64,000 nucleotides of DNA from Thermoanaerobaculia bacterium. Lineage in GTDB: Bacteria; Acidobacteriota; Thermoanaerobaculia; UBA5066; Gp7-AA6. The stretch is from assembly GCA_035263845.1 (NCBI GenBank), contig DATFQY010000222.1, forward strand, positions 3,304 through 67,303. The letters are read 5' to 3'. The translations under genes were made by a program, and so were the position numbers. Shown piece after piece: positions 62,530 through 64,000 of this stretch (its first letter is position 1; each line of letters begins with the position of its first letter). A model generated the notes under the pieces. That model made no database searches, had not been told where the DNA came from, and saw only the letters and a program-made list of their open reading frames with translations.

Positions 62530-64000
62530 GCGTCGAGCTGGAAGAGAAGGCCGCGAAAGCCGGCTCCGCGGGACAGCTTCGCCCCGAGCCTCGAACCGAG
62601 CCGCTCATCTTCGAGCGCTCCGGGGAAGGAAAGGTCGGCTATTCGCTGCCGCCGCTCGACGTTCCGGAGGGCGCCGGGATCCCCGGGGGCCTCGTGCGGT
62701 GGGAGATCGAAGGGGAGACCGAGGTCTCGGAGGTGGAGATCGCGCGGCACTTCACCCGGCTCTCGAAGCTCAACTTCTCCATCGACCAGGCCCTCTACCC
62801 GCTCGGCTCCTGCACGATGAAGCACAACCCGCGGACCAACGAGGAGGCCGCGAGGCTTCCCGGCTTCGCCGCCTCGCACCCGTTTGCCCCTGAGGAGGTC
62901 TCGCAGGGGACGCTCGAGCTGGCGTGGCGCCTCGAGCGGTTCTTGATCGAGCTGACCGGCCTGTCCCGCGTCACGCTCCAGCCCTCCGCGGGCGCCCAGG
63001 GCGAGCTCGCCGGGATCCTCATGGTCCGCGCCGCTCTGGCGAAGGAAGGCAACCCGCGCAAGATCGTGCTCATCCCGGACTCGGCGCACGGAACCAACCC
63101 CGCCTCGGCGCACTTCGCCGGCTACAAGGTCCGGGAGCTGAAGTCCAACGCCCGCGGCACGCTCGACCTCCACGTCCTCGAGGAGGCGATGACCGAGGAC
63201 GTCGCGGCGCTGATGCTGACGGTTCCCAACACGCTCGGGATCTTCGAAAGCCAGATCCTCGAGATCGCCCGCGTCGTGCACGCCAGGGGCGGGTACCTCT
63301 ATTGCGACGGGGCGAACTTCAACTCCTTCGTCGGAATGGCCAAGCCGGGGCTCATGGGCATCGACGTCATGCACATGAACCTGCACAAGACCTTCTCGAC
63401 CCCGCACGGCGGGGGCGGCCCCGGCTCGGGACCGGTCGCGGTCGCCGAGAAGCTCGCGCCGTTTCTTCCGCGCCCGACCGTCGAGAGGAGAGCGGACGGG
63501 ACCTTCACGCTCGACTACGACCGGCCGGAGTCCATCGGGCGGCTGCGGACGTTCCTGGGCAACTACGGGATGTTCGTGCGCGCCCTCTCCTACATCTCGG
63601 CGTACGGAAACCGGATCGGCGAGGTGGCCCGGGGCGCGGTCCTGAACGCCAACTACATCCGCGCGGGGCTGACGGGCGTCTACCACCTGAAGTACGACGC
63701 CCCATCCATGCACGAGGTCGTCTTCTCCGACAAGAAGCAGGCCGAGCACGGCATCCAGGCGATGGACATGGCCAAGCGGCTGATGGACTACGGCTTCCAT
63801 CCGCCGACGATCTCGTTTCCGCTGATCGTCCACGGCGCGCTGATGATCGAGCCGACCGAGACCGAGGGCAAGCCCGGCCTCGACGCGTTCGTCGCAGCGA
63901 TGCGCGCGATCGCGCGCGAGGCGCAGGAGTCCCCGGAAGTGATCCGCAACGCGCCGCACACGACTCCCGTCCGCCGTGTAGACGAGGTCGCCGCCGCGAG
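62526..64000 (+). CDS. gcvPB: Glycine dehydrogenase (decarboxylating) subunit 2; the 3' end runs off the window
   Basis: It has ATGA overlap with gcvPA. It carries the PLP-lysine motif (NLHKTFSTPHGGGGPG), and the CTMKHN motif is present. There is no stop before the window ends. Confidence 0.9.
   Translation, partial: MSVELEEKAAKAGSAGQLRPEPRTEPLIFERSGEGKVGYSLPPLDVPEGAGIPGGLVRWEIEGETEVSEVEIARHFTRLSKLNFSIDQALYPLGSCTMKHNPRTNEEAARLPGFAASHPFAPEEVSQGTLELAWRLERFLIELTGLSRVTLQPSAGAQGELAGILMVRAALAKEGNPRKIVLIPDSAHGTNPASAHFAGYKVRELKSNARGTLDLHVLEEAMTEDVAALMLTVPNTLGIFESQILEIARVVHARGGYLYCDGANFNSFVGMAKPGLMGIDVMHMNLHKTFSTPHGGGGPGSGPVAVAEKLAPFLPRPTVERRADGTFTLDYDRPESIGRLRTFLGNYGMFVRALSYISAYGNRIGEVARGAVLNANYIRAGLTGVYHLKYDAPSMHEVVFSDKKQAEHGIQAMDMAKRLMDYGFHPPTISFPLIVHGALMIEPTETEGKPGLDAFVAAMRAIAREAQESPEVIRNAPHTTPVRRVDEVAAA

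Noticed and set aside
1-64000. CRISPR arrays, rRNA genes, transposases, integrases and phage genes
   Set aside because: None were seen on reading both strands. The only non-coding RNA recognised is tRNA-Ala.

Overview
This is a 64 kb, very GC-rich (about 70% GC) chromosomal segment from a Gram-negative bacterium. Outer-membrane beta-barrels, lipoproteins, PEGA and FG-GAP domain proteins and sigma-54 regulators give it an Acidobacteriota-like flavour, but taxonomy cannot be proven from the sequence alone. Because of the GC content, the six-frame track is full of long antisense shadow ORFs. Real genes were chosen by recognisable domains and motifs, ATGA or GTGA start/stop overlaps, and Shine-Dalgarno sites.

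Content, in order:
- rpmE (partial).
- An FHA-GAF-PP2C phosphatase and an amidohydrolase.
- A minus-strand operon: an outer-membrane receptor-like beta-barrel, a PDZ-multiTM-PAS histidine kinase and an NtrC-type sigma-54 response regulator.
- Proline dehydrogenase, ComF, a small outer-membrane barrel, Lrp/AsnC and DnaJ.
- A MITE-like repeat (copy 1).
- Secreted, TPR and XRE genes.
- wzm and wzt, split by about 9 kb of secreted-protein genes (an FG-GAP lipoprotein, a Cys-rich secreted protein and a 1432 aa PKD protein) and a radical-SAM gene.
- A WbdD-like double methyltransferase followed by seven glycosyltransferase, GNAT and deacetylase genes.
- A secreted His/Gly-rich, GW-repeat, PEGA protein.
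- MITE copy 2, holB and tmk.
- A PDZ-multiTM-GAF-PP2C phosphatase that is homologous in its sensor part to the histidine kinase.
- A TPR protein and a GAF-sigma54 activator.
- An AT-rich island.
- An RsbW/RsbV/RsbU-like partner-switching operon.
- An amidohydrolase, pcm, an MFS transporter, tRNA-Ala(CGC), a YihY-family protein and a DUF883 protein.
- selD containing an in-frame UGA (selenocysteine), a DUF2007 protein and a Ser/Thr kinase with PEGA domains.
- gcvT, gcvH, gcvPA and gcvPB (partial).

The most interesting candidate systems are:
- a surface-glycan or glycoprotein locus with a split ABC exporter;
- a shared, uncharacterised membrane sensor module wired to both a histidine kinase and a PP2C phosphatase, alongside a sigma-less partner-switching module;
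- a selenocysteine-containing SelD that the ORF caller truncated.
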